The notes below the pieces were generated by a model, which was not told the DNA's origin, did not search any database, and saw nothing but the letters and a program-made list of their open reading frames with translations. Made by a program: the position numbers and the translations under genes. Shown here piece after piece: positions 1-11,100 of a stretch of 64,000 nt of DNA; position 1 is the first letter of the stretch; each line of letters starts with the position of its first letter. Origin of the DNA: Endomicrobiales bacterium (GTDB lineage Bacteria; Elusimicrobiota; Endomicrobiia; Endomicrobiales; CAWCFT01); assembly GCA_963794945.1 (NCBI GenBank), contig CAWCFT010000018.1, forward strand, positions 1 through 64,000, written 5' to 3'.

Positions 1-1349
1 ATTTTTTGTAAGTAGATTGCATCTGCAGATTCAGGCGCCTGCGGCTGTCTCCCTATTACGCTGTAGATATAAATAAATGGTATGAAAAGCAGGCTGACAA
101 AGATCAGCCGGCTGATCTGTTTAGCAATATATTGTATTGGGTACTTTATTTCAGAGAGCTGAAACGCGCCTGCAGCCTCATTGTTGTCATTATCCAGCCC
201 GGAGGGAGAAAGCTCAATGGTGCGCGTGAATTCCGGCTTTAATATTTTATTTTGGTTGCGGTACAATACTATTTTATCCGCCTGCGCGATTCTTTCTGTT
301 TTTCGTTCAAATTCAAGGTTCCTGCTGAATTCGTCAAGCTTTGCGTTAAGCTCTCTCAGCTGCCCAGCCGTCGCGTTAAATAGGTACGCGACTGAAACAT
401 GGTTAATATCAATAACCGTGTTTTCTTTTTCCGCCTTATTTTCAGAGATTATCGAACCAGCCAAGTCTCTTATTTCTTTTATCTGCCCGTCTTTGGAACG
501 CAGTTTAAGTATTACGGCAAAATTGGGCATAAGCTGAGCGCCGATAATTTCGTATTCCCAGGGCTTGATGCCTTTTTTCCCAAGCGCGTCAAAGATCTTA
601 TTGAATGTCGCGAACTGCCCATCCGTAGTCTTTTCAAGCGGTGCGCTTCCGGCTTGTGTAGTGTGCGCCTGTTCAACCGGCATATACTGCGCCTTGTCCG
701 TAAACCCTCTACTGTCCGGAACGGATTTATCCCCAAGCACTTTCTTTATAATATCTTGCACCTGAAGAAAAACTGATTTTACCGCTTCAGAATTTTCAAG
801 GGGCACGGCGATGAAAACACTTTCCTGTGGTTTTTGCAGGTTAGCTTTTACGGGCGCTATCTTATCTGCCGTTACCGCGTTTTCCTGGCGCAAAATATCA
901 TCTACTACCTGCTTCTGTTTTGCGTCCATATTGCTCTCAAGCTGTTTGTTGTATAATAGCGCTTCCTTTTTCCCAATTGCGGTATTTTCACTAGAAATTA
1001 TCATACTACCCGCGAAATATCCTATAATTCCCGCGCCAATGCCAATGGCTAACACAACAAACGCCGCCGCCCCAAAGAAGAATGCCGCGGCTGTCGCAAG
1101 GAAAAACGAGGTGAACCCCCACACGCTCGGCGCGCCAAGCCCTCCATAAAAACTCACGCTAGCGTTTTTCGTGCGGCCTGATGTCATCTGTACGTTATTT
1201 GAAAGCAGATCATTTGAAAGCCTGGTATTCAGGGTGCTCAAGGTTTTTAGCTTTTCGGCTTCTAATTGGCTCTCGTCTTTCGGCAAACGTGAAAGGATAT
1301 ATTCGACAATGTCTTTATTGCCGTTAAGATTAGCTGTGTTCTGCAGCGT
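1..1349 (-). CDS. Giant protein A fragment 6 (not in the ORF track, open to window edge): TM hairpin, 2H phosphoesterase-like domain, further TM segment
   Basis: Manual translation: TLQNTANLNGNKDIVEY...FLATAAAFFFGAAAFVVLAIGIGAGIIGYFAG...SVFIAVPLENSEAV...QAHTTQA...INHVSVAYL...RLIFVSLLFIPFIYIYSVIG. Two Hx[ST] motifs; no stop codon in this frame. Confidence 0.75.
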
Positions 1350-4251
1350 TTTCCAGCTCGGCCCATCTGCGAAGTTCAGCAAGCCTGTCTATGGCTTCTT
1401 TCCGGCCTAAAGAGGCATATTTGGTGAGCAGTACAAAATCTCCGCTTGCCGACAGCACCGCCCGCTTTATTCCATCATCCGCCTTGACGCCTTTCAGCTG
1501 GCTTCTGTGAAGTTCAGTATCCAATATCTCTCTAAGCGCTGCGTCCCTTTCCGGACCTTCCATGTTTTCAGTTATTACTTCAATGTGTCTTATGATAGCT
1601 TCCCTTTCCAGGGCCGTCAGCTGAACAAGCTGGTCCGCCATTGAGCTAGTACGGCTGAACGCCTTTACTTTAACAACCGGCTCCGGCTGTTCGGTACCTA
1701 GCGTCATCGGGAGCTCATTTTCGCTTCTAAAACGATTGTACAGGAAATGGCCCCAGATAAGGGACAGTTTCTGGAACTGTGAATTTGACGCCTTCACCAT
1801 GATCTCACGCATTTCGGCGCTGAACAAATAAAATATTTTAAACTCATTGCTAGTCCTTTTCCTGGTACTGCTCAACACATTCTCTAAGTTTTCTGCATAA
1901 CCGTGTTCAATATAGAAATTCATTACGGCTCTTTCGTAATGGATCCTATCTGTCGAATAAAGTGCCAGGAGTTTCGAAAAGCGCCCAAGCTCCTTTATCG
2001 GGGCGATGAACAGCTCATCTATGGCGTCTGTCACCGCGTTCCTGCCGAAGAAATTGCCGAACACACGGCTGCCGGGAAGTGTGGCCTTAAGGTTTTCGCC
2101 ATTGTTGTTCTGAGAAAGTAAAGCGGTTTTGTTCGAAGCCTGGTTAGTGAGGTTATTTACAGAATTATTGACCGTTACAAATATTTTACGCGTGTATTCT
2201 TTGCCTGTAAGCTCTTCGAGCTTTTTAAGCGCATTGGAATACTGCGCCATCAGCCTGTCTCTTGTGCCCTGCGAGATGGAAGTGTCCGAGAGCATCAGCT
2301 TTATGCTGTATATGTTAAACACAAGCGTATCGGTTGGAGAGAATGAGGTATCCTTCACCGCCGGTATATTGTTCTGCGGGCTGTTAGTTTTTGCCGTATC
2401 AGGCACGGTAATATTTTCTAAATTACGCACCAGCGGAAGGATGGCGTTTGCTGCGGTATCATTAATGGCGTTGGCGCCAATTAATGTAGAATCCTGAATT
2501 TGATCATTGTTATAATCATCCGGGCTACGAGGTCCTAGAGTAGAATAATTGTATTCAATGACCAAGACTACGTTTTCAATGTAGCTTTTGTTCGGGTCAA
2601 TGATAGAAGCACTATTCGCAGAATTTTTTATCACATCTAGGATATATTCTCTTTCACCAACCCCCATTTGAGCACCTATATCAGTAGGGTTGTTTATATA
2701 CTCTGCATGGGCTTCATCATAATCCTTCTGCGCCTGGCTTAGCATTTGCTCATAAGCACTTTGGCCAGAGCTTGCGCCGTTTCCTGCCCCTCCTGATAAA
2801 TCCTCTTTCTGGCATCCTGAAATAACGGCTAAGCACATAAAGGCGGCCAAAAGAGCGCTCAAGCCCTGGTGTTTTTTGAGGGTAGCAACTATATTCGCCG
2901 CTTCACTGGAAATAAGGCTGCCCAGCCCGAAAAATTCCAGCTCGTTTATGCCGCCGGGTGTTTCAATGCCGGTTTCATTCTTTTTGCCGGACGCCATCAG
3001 TTTGAATAAACCAGGCATAAGGAACATTAGAAGCCAGAGGCTGTTCTGTATGGCCCCAGCGGGTTTTACTGAAACCGTTATGCTGTTGTTAATAATGTAG
3101 CCGTCATTCGCGCTATTGATAGTTGCGCCGAAAAACCCTTCCCCAACTGCCAGGTCAATTACAACAAACGCCGCCCGGCTGCCGGAAATGGTGAAAGTTG
3201 CCGAGCCTTTTTTGTCTGCGCCTAGTGTAACAACCTTGCTGTAGATGCCAAGCTCGCCGTTTGAACGGCCCTGTTCCACCAGGTTTACCCCCACCTTTTT
3301 CAGGCCGTTTGAACCCGTGAACTGAATAGTAACAACATCGCCGGGCTTTACGGATATTGGACTGCCCAGGCTGAAAGACGCCGTTTTCCAACCGCCGCCC
3401 GCGAAATAAGAAGATGTGGTAAAATTATATGTTTTTCCAGCCGGTTGTGAAACAGGAGCTGTTACAGTTTGCCCGGCAGCGCTGGCGGCAGGCTTATAAA
3501 CTACGGATTCAATATAGGCTCCAACCACATTCCTGAACTCGGCGCTCACGCGTTTTATGGTAACAGGCTGCAGTCCGGTGTAAGTTGCTATGCCGTTTTC
3601 TATATTTAACCGTATTCCGGGGATCGAATTCTGAATATCGTCCGCTGTTGCTAAATAGAACTCCTTACAATTACTTTTAACGGTAAATTTGTCGCCATTT
3701 TTAACTGTTATGGGTTTATTCAAGTCATACCAGATCGCATGCCATCCGGCGCCGCTGGCTTCACCGAGAAACGAATTGCTTGTCAGGTCAGTTTCTCTTG
3801 AAACTTGGGGTGCCGTTGTCGTTACAGTTGGTTTATTTACATTTCCCTGCTGAGCCTGATCACTTTTTTTCTGCGTGTCTTCTGATGAAATGATCGATGC
3901 GCCTTTCACCCAGCTAACCGCAACATCATCTATCTTGTACGTTGAAGGCATGAAAAGCCTGAAAGGGTTGGTGAACGGATAGTTTTTGAACAGATATAAC
4001 AGCTGGTCCCAGGCCGTGCTTGCAAGCGCGGAGAATGTTTTCGGCATTGCCCACCAGCCCCATTCGGTATTGGTCTTTATGGTAGTTTTTGAAGTTGAAT
4101 ACGGGCTTAAACCATCCGGAAAACGTTGTTTGTCAAGGGATGCCTGCATTGAACCGGCATATTTTTTAAGCTCCGCGCTCTGCTGGCTTTTACCAATGCT
4201 GTTGAGGTAATCCGCGGTTTTTATCAGTCCGCTACCCAGAACCTGCTCCAC
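1330..4251 (-). CDS. Giant protein A fragment 5: end of glycosidase-like domain, beta-rich (carbohydrate-binding-like) modules, TM, internal lipobox, unknown helical region
   Basis: 973 aa ORF with no convincing start of its own. Beta-rich GWHAIWYDL and GGWKTASFSL segments; LLAAFMCLAVISGC lipobox. Confidence 0.7.
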   Translation of the reverse strand: MEQVLGSGLIKTADYLNSIGKSQQSAELKKYAGSMQASLDKQRFPDGLSPYSTSKTTIKTNTEWGWWAMPKTFSALASTAWDQLLYLFKNYPFTNPFRLFMPSTYKIDDVAVSWVKGASIISSEDTQKKSDQAQQGNVNKPTVTTTAPQVSRETDLTSNSFLGEASGAGWHAIWYDLNKPITVKNGDKFTVKSNCKEFYLATADDIQNSIPGIRLNIENGIATYTGLQPVTIKRVSAEFRNVVGAYIESVVYKPAASAAGQTVTAPVSQPAGKTYNFTTSSYFAGGGWKTASFSLGSPISVKPGDVVTIQFTGSNGLKKVGVNLVEQGRSNGELGIYSKVVTLGADKKGSATFTISGSRAAFVVIDLAVGEGFFGATINSANDGYIINNSITVSVKPAGAIQNSLWLLMFLMPGLFKLMASGKKNETGIETPGGINELEFFGLGSLISSEAANIVATLKKHQGLSALLAAFMCLAVISGCQKEDLSGGAGNGASSGQSAYEQMLSQAQKDYDEAHAEYINNPTDIGAQMGVGEREYILDVIKNSANSASIIDPNKSYIENVVLVIEYNYSTLGPRSPDDYNNDQIQDSTLIGANAINDTAANAILPLVRNLENITVPDTAKTNSPQNNIPAVKDTSFSPTDTLVFNIYSIKLMLSDTSISQGTRDRLMAQYSNALKKLEELTGKEYTRKIFVTVNNSVNNLTNQASNKTALLSQNNNGENLKATLPGSRVFGNFFGRNAVTDAIDELFIAPIKELGRFSKLLALYSTDRIHYERAVMNFYIEHGYAENLENVLSSTRKRTSNEFKIFYLFSAEMREIMVKASNSQFQKLSLIWGHFLYNRFRSENELPMTLGTEQPEPVVKVKAFSRTSSMADQLVQLTALEREAIIRHIEVITENMEGPERDAALREILDTELHRSQLKGVKADDGIKRAVLSASGDFVLLTKYASLGRKEAIDRLAELRRWAELENAAEHS

Positions 4252-4730
4252 TCAAAACTGCCTACTCCTCTTTGAGCGGATTCCTGGCTGAAACTCATCT
4301 CAACGATGTTCTTCTGGCTGTCAAAAACGCCGAAATTATCAATAGAATTCTTTACAAGGTTATATATGAAACCTTCGCCGTACATTTCGTCCAGGGTTTG
4401 AAGGTTCGAATAATTGCCATCGCCGCGGTCGGTGCCTAGTATAAGCCAAGCAATAACATCAGAAGCCGAGGCTTTGCCCATCTGCCACTGGCTTCCGGTG
4501 AATTCATACCCCTGAACTATGACCGGTTTTGTCTTGTCGCCGTTCTGAAACGTGACTGTTTTATTGAACAGGAACTTCTCCGCCGCAATAGCTGCGGCTT
4601 TATACCTTGCGTCACCCGTAATGCTGTACAGGTTCCACATACGCGTGGCAAACTCCACGTTCTCAACCGAAACCACAGTATAATAATAAGCCGCATTCCC
4701 GCCAGGATGCCACTGCCCTTTAGGCCCCAT
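4224..4730 (-). CDS. Giant protein A fragment 4: middle of putative (alpha/alpha)6 glycosidase-like domain
   Basis: VVSVENVEFA...LYSITGDARYKAAA...ASDVIAWLILG...SFEWS. Joins the upstream ORF by removing one A (QMKDGPAKGAFRMGP). Confidence 0.6.
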   Translation of the reverse strand: MGPKGQWHPGGNAAYYYTVVSVENVEFATRMWNLYSITGDARYKAAAIAAEKFLFNKTVTFQNGDKTKPVIVQGYEFTGSQWQMGKASASDVIAWLILGTDRGDGNYSNLQTLDEMYGEGFIYNLVKNSIDNFGVFDSQKNIVEMSFSQESAQRGVGSFEWSRFWVAD

Positions 4731-5181
4731 GCGGAACGCTCCTTTTGCGGGGCCGTCCTTTCATCTGCAGGTACAGCATAGCGTCAGCTATCTGTCGGGC
4801 CATCTTAAGCGCTTCATCAGCAAGAGCTTTGTCAGCGGAATAGTTCTTATTGAGGTATTGGTAGGCATCCATGAAGAAGCCCATAAGCCAGGCATTCTCA
4901 CCGGTTATTGCGTGCCATTGGCGCCAGTTTCTTGGCTCTCCCGTAAGGGGGTCAATTACGTTCCAGGGCCCAAGGAACTTGAAGAAGTAGCCGTTTGAGT
5001 TATCTATTGCGGTATTCGCGGCCGCCGAGCCATAATCGAACGGATGCTCCGCGCTGCCCGGGATGTAATACGCGCGAGGCTGGCTCTGCATCTGCTGAAC
5101 ATAATAAACCACAGCGTCGTGGACGCGTTTATCTTTGTTATCTGAGCGCATAAGCGCTATAAGCGCAGCCAGCGGCGTCAT
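4720..5181 (-). CDS. Giant protein A fragment 3: start of putative (alpha/alpha)6 glycosidase-like domain
   Basis: Continues ...SLTYDAA(L)AALIAL of the upstream ORF; AITGENAWL motif; Trp/Tyr-rich. Confidence 0.6.
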   Translation of the reverse strand: MTPLAALIALMRSDNKDKRVHDAVVYYVQQMQSQPRAYYIPGSAEHPFDYGSAAANTAIDNSNGYFFKFLGPWNVIDPLTGEPRNWRQWHAITGENAWLMGFFMDAYQYLNKNYSADKALADEALKMARQIADAMLYLQMKGRPRKRSVPHGA

Positions 5182-8100
5182 AAGTTAGCGAGCCGTATTT
5201 GGCTATCACCCTCATTTCAGCGTCTGTATCATTTCTGGCGCTGAAACCAGCAAAGGCTTCAGGCTTTATACTGCCGTCAGAATTAACATACTCGGGCCTG
5301 GGAACAAAGCTTGAGGGAAGCGAACCGTTCTTTTGCGCGTCTTTCATTACGCCAAGCAGAGCTTCGTACACTTTTGACTGCTGAGCGTCTATCTTGGGCG
5401 CATACTGGGCCTGGCCAGGCTGAACCGGCAGAGTCGCCTGAGCTGAACCCGGCCTTACTCCCAACGTAAACATTGAAAGCATGGTAAATACCAGCGCTAA
5501 TACGGTTATCTTCGCTCCGGTAATAAACCTTCTCTTTTTGGCGCTTGAGTTATTTACTTCTATCTCCTGCGCGTTGCGCTGGTATACTACCATTGAAGAA
5601 CCATATTTGAGATCATTGTGTTTTAACAGCTCTTCGCGGGCATCTTGGAGGCTTCTATTGTTTACTTTTGTATATTGCCGGCCTAATACAGGGTCAAAAT
5701 TATAGCCTATACGGCTATCTCTAGAGTTGTCATTAAGCAGCATAAAACCACCGGTTTTAACCCAGGGCTGGACAGTGTTCAAATAACGGAAATCTTTGTC
5801 CTGGACTTCCATGGTAGCTTTTTGAATAAAAACATCCAGTTTCCCGGCCATCTCGCTGTTTAGTTCATCTCCGATATTTGTCATATCCTGGTTTACAAAT
5901 ATGACAAACCGTTCAACATCATCTCCGCTCAACCGGAAGGTTAACTGCGGCCTGCCTTTCTCGTCATAACCCGTGCGCACATCTTCCTTGCGCACGCCTA
6001 GAAGCCTGAGCTGTTGTATTATATAGAGTTCAGTTAGATCTTCGAACTCGGAGAAAAAATAAAACCCGTTAGAATAATAGTTTTGTAAATCTAAAACCTC
6101 GATCCTATGGTTCCAGGTTCTAAGTTGAACATCTAGTATTTCTTTGGACACTTTTTGCTTGTCATAAAAATAGGCCGTCTTGAAATTGGTTTCAAAATAC
6201 GCGGTTAAAATATCGGGACCAGCGAACGCATAGCCAATTGTCTTGTCAGGTTTGCCCTGAGGATTAACTGTTTGGAGAAATGATCTGAAATAACTTGTCA
6301 GGTAAGGAGACATTATCTTTTTATCCGCGACCGCAAACGCCACTGAATCCATTAATTGTTTCTGCGTATAGTAGAAGGCATTGGCAGGTTTTGCTTCTAA
6401 ATTAGGCGCGTTTACAGCGGGTAAATACTTTTCTGTAATTTCTTGAAGCAGGCCGCGCACATCACTGACAAGATAAACGCCGTTTGGGTGGCGCCATGCG
6501 TGTGAAATTAAATACTGCTGCATTAAGCTCGCCAGAGCGCTGTCTTTTTTAAATGTTATAAATTGCCCTGCTGACGCGCTATTTTTATTGCCCTGGGCAA
6601 TAACAATAGCGTTTTCCGGTGCGTGAAAATCCTTGGGAAATTGCGCGGCCGCCATGCCGCGGGAGCTGTAAAATACACCGTTATCAGAAAGCAATGATAT
6701 TATTTTTTCAAAAACCGGGTTAACTGTATTTTCATCAGTATAGTAAAGGGGCCCGCAGTCTTCATGAATGTAATCATACTTGTGGTGAATAAGCGCGCGT
6801 GGGTCTTCAAAAAAGCCTAAATATTGGTTGCGTACTGCTGGTTTTGATAACACATCAAATATTTGGCAGCCCTGTTTCTGCATGCTGAAAATGAGCTTAA
6901 GCGGCATTTGGGAATCATCTCTGACAAAAAAACCGAGTAAATGCGATACGGGCGTGGCGTCAAAATTAATTCTGTTCAGTTCTCTGTTAGCTGCTGCCCC
7001 GACATATTCTCTCATACCGGGTAGAGCGGCTTTTGGATTGGCCGCGGCGAATTGTTTTAGCCAATCTATTATTTCCGAAGCTTTCATCCGCAATAAATAG
7101 CTTGGCGCGAACGGCGACAGCCCTACGGTATCTATTTCAGGGGTGTACCCAGCCGCTCTGCTTAATATGAACATATCGCTTACCGCATGCCCCGCTCCAT
7201 GGCCGAGTTCGAGGATCTGCGGCTTTTGCGTATGCCCGCTATTCAACGCAAGATAGAACGCGTCTCTGGCTGTTATATCCAGCGATCTGGTATTGTCACC
7301 GGCCAATCCGTTTAAAACGCTAAATTTATCATCTTGCGCTTGAATCGGGAAATTAATAATTATACCATCTCTACGTGCCTGGTCTATGTCAGCTTTGTAA
7401 CCCGCTTCGCTTAATTCTTTAGGGCTTATCAAAGGATTTGTCGTTTTAAATGAGTTATTATCTTTGATAAACAGCGCCAGCTCGGCTATTGGCATCATTT
7501 TCCGCGTAAGGTTTATTCCGGGAATAAGCGCTGTTAACTCGGAGGTGATTTCTATCTGCGTGTTCAGTACCGCGGCTTTAATGAGGTTCTCGGCGTTTTC
7601 GATAAGGGCAAGCTCATCCGCAAGCGACGGATCGGTTTTTGTTTTTTCTTTCACGAATGAATGGTAGGTTTCTATCGGGTTTGTTATCTTGGGGTGTTGA
7701 GCTTTATAGGCATTGAATTCCTTGTTGTTTCCTTTCAATGCATCCATTTCATTTTGCTCGTGCCTGATCATCGCCCCGTGTTCGGCATCTGTCTTGAAAT
7801 TTTCCCAGAAACCTTCAGAAACAAATATCTCGCCCGCGTCAGTTATAGAAGCGTAACCATAAACCCCGGGCGAAATATACATGCTTCCGGCTGGGTAGTT
7901 GCCCTGGTATGTTGTTACCTTTACCCCGTTGATAGTTGTTGCCGGATATTTGATGGAAGGTACTCTAACTGTTGAGAATATTACGTTAAGCATAATTGTT
8001 TGGCATATCGCATCGGCAAGTTTTTCAGCACTTTTGATACCGGCAGCCGCCAGCGCTTCAGTGACAGCTGTGTTTATAACCACACCCAGAGCCGGTTTCT

Positions 8101-11100
8101 CAAATTCTCCATTACCAGCTGTAATATTGCGCGTATTTTTCATGTCTTTAAGCTTTTCCAGCCCTTCCCTGGCAGTGTTTATATGCAGTTTATCTTTTAG
8201 GGTTTTTAGATCCAAAAGAAGTTTTTGCTTATATAAAACAGCGTCATCAATAGTCTCATATAACCTGTTAACTGGCAGCAAACCAAAAAATTCCAACCCA
8301 TATTTAACCACCTCGTCCGGAGTTTGATTTAGAATTCCGCTTTGAGGGTATATTTTGTTATCAGCGCATAATTCCAGGGTTATAAGCACTTTACTTATCT
8401 TCTCAGCGCTGTCCAATTCATCCAAGTTTTTTGGCTCATAATGAGGATCCCTCAAGGATTTATACGCGAACTCAAACTCAGGCCTTGTAATGCCAGCTGG
8501 ATCTATGCCGGAATCCTTGAGCGTTTTGTAGGCGCGTTCAAAAACTGACGGCGTCGCGCCGCTTATAAAGGCTATTCTCATTGCCTTTAAGAACGCAATT
8601 TTTGCTTCTTGCGGTATGTTAGAGTATTCAAGCGCCATAACCGCGTTGAATTTGTCGGATTTACGCGTCACTTCATATAGCGTGGAATTATTATCATGCA
8701 TCGCAGCGAAATCCCGTTCATTTATACCTGCGAATATACCCTGGTCCTTAACATAGTCCATTACCAGCTCTTTAAGCCCGATATATCCATCATTAATGTA
8801 CTGCTTACCGGCCAGGACCAGGTATGCCGCACGGGCGTCTTCTCTAGGCAAAACTTCATTTAATTCGAATAAACTGAGGAATTTCCAAAATGGCGAGTCC
8901 GGGCCGTAGGCCTTTTTCTCAGGAACGCTTTCCAGGGCGCTGAGTATTACTTCCCGCGCCTCACGTGAATAAGGAAAAAGCCGATTGGATATATCGATCT
9001 GCAAACTTGTAACTATTTCCTGTTCTTCTTCACTAAGGTGGGGTTTTTTTGCAGTTTCTTTGTATATAATCTCCCGCTCGACAGTATTGCCCTCAGTTTC
9101 ATCCGGCTTTGAAATTTCACGCTGCATTCCGTTCCCAGGCACAAACTTGGGAAGACTCTGCCATGAATCTTCAGGCTGTATGTCGGACTTCTCTGCAAGG
9201 TGCCGATGTAAAGTTGATTTAGGTATTGGTGTTAGTGTTTGATATTGGCTAATCCTTGCTTTCAGAACGTCTATTTTGCTCTTATGTAAAAGGTTGCCGT
9301 AAATAGTATCGATCAAAACAATAATCGTAATGGTTGTAATAAATGCAACCGCTGTCACTTTGGAAATTTGATCATCAGCCATTAGCTGTATCTGAGCTTG
9401 TTGGGAGAGCACCTCGCCGACCGCGTTAGCGCCGGTCAATGTCAACAGTGCGGCTGTCATGCCGGCCCTGAACCAGCCAGCCTGCGGCGCTGTTCCTTCT
9501 TCACCTTGGGCGGGTATAGAAGCCTCATCTTCATCATGAACTGCGGCTATTTGAGGCACATTTTCATCTTGGTTTTCCTTTAGAAACGATCCTTCATCCT
9601 GCATCGCTTTGAGGCTTTTATCATATAATTTCAATATAAAATCATTGCGCGCTTTCACCAGCTCTTCTGTGAAAGCTTTTGTAACTTCCATGGTGCCAGG
9701 CGTGAATACACCCGCGTAGGCTCTGCCTTCAAGCCCTGTGCCGGAAGGCCTTATAAGCACCCAGTACTCCGCACCGCTTTGTTTCTCTTCAAAGTAGATT
9801 TTAACGCCGTCAAGCCGGTCTACCCGCAGTATTTTACGGCCGAATATCTCGCCCGTACCTATTTGAGCTTCCAGGCCTTTCATTACTCTGCCCCAGAATT
9901 CATCCTTTTTCTTCTTAGTAATTTCTTTGGGGAAATAGATGCTTTCTGTGTCCGGTTGATAGTAGTTACCATATTTCTTGTATAAGTTCTCCAGCATCTG
10001 GCTGATAGTCAGCCCGTTCATCTTACCCCAGGCCGCCATTTCCATGAAAAGCGCCTGAGCTATCAGGCCGTCTTTATCCAGCTCCCATCCTATTCCCTTT
10101 TTATCCAGCGCCTTGCCGGCTGTTAAACCGCCGCTGCCCATTTCGAAAGCTATGGAGATATTTTCGTTCTTTAATAGTTCCTGAAACTCTTTGAAGCCTA
10201 TCTTGGTGCGCTCGGCAACGGGCCCTATTTTTTCGCACATATCAGTTCCATCTGTGCAGGTGGCCAAAATGCCGCCCGTTTTCCTGATATTCTGCGTGTA
10301 CCAATGCAATAGCACGCACGCTTCATAGAATTTCAGCCGGCTGCCGTGTTCATCTACAAAATACAGCCGGTCGCCGTCCCCATCCGTGGCACCGCCGCCG
10401 TCTTGTTTTTTCTTCACCACTTCATCAGAAAGATACTGTAATTGTAAGTATTTTTCTGTATTTGGCCCGCTCTCCAGCCCGCCAAAATCCGATAGCGGCT
10501 CCTCTTTCATTATATCAACAATCCCCGGAAGAATGGCATCAAATATGCCTTTTGCCCAGGGGCCCGCGGCGCCGTTTTGTGTTGTAAACGACCACGAAAA
10601 CCCTTTTTCTTTGGCGGCTCTTTTTATCATATCTACATCTATGAAATCTTTCATGCGGTTGGCGGTGTACTCAATTACTTTTGCCGTGTCCACAAATTGG
10701 AAGTTCTTGTCTTTGCTGAAATCACCTGCAAAGCGTTTGACGCCTGTACCGGTATTAATGATCTCGTTCGCGCGTTCCTGCAGGGGGACGGAGAGTTCCG
10801 TGGAGATCAGGGCTCCCTGGTACTTCCCGCCCGGGTTAAATTTGATGCCGTCATCAGACTGCGGGTTGTGCGAAGGTGTGTTGTTGAAAACACCGACTAT
10901 AACGCCGTTTTCCCCAAGATCAAATATATCTTTGCCGAACCGCACCATAAGCGCGCCTATGCCCGTTGGCATGACTCCTTTGAAGAATATTACTTTAAAG
11001 CCGTTCGCCAATGCTATACGCGCCTCTTCTTCCTTGTACATCTCATTGTTAGGCCGCGGGTCGCCGCCTATGATAATGTATTTATCTTTTCCTTTGAACT

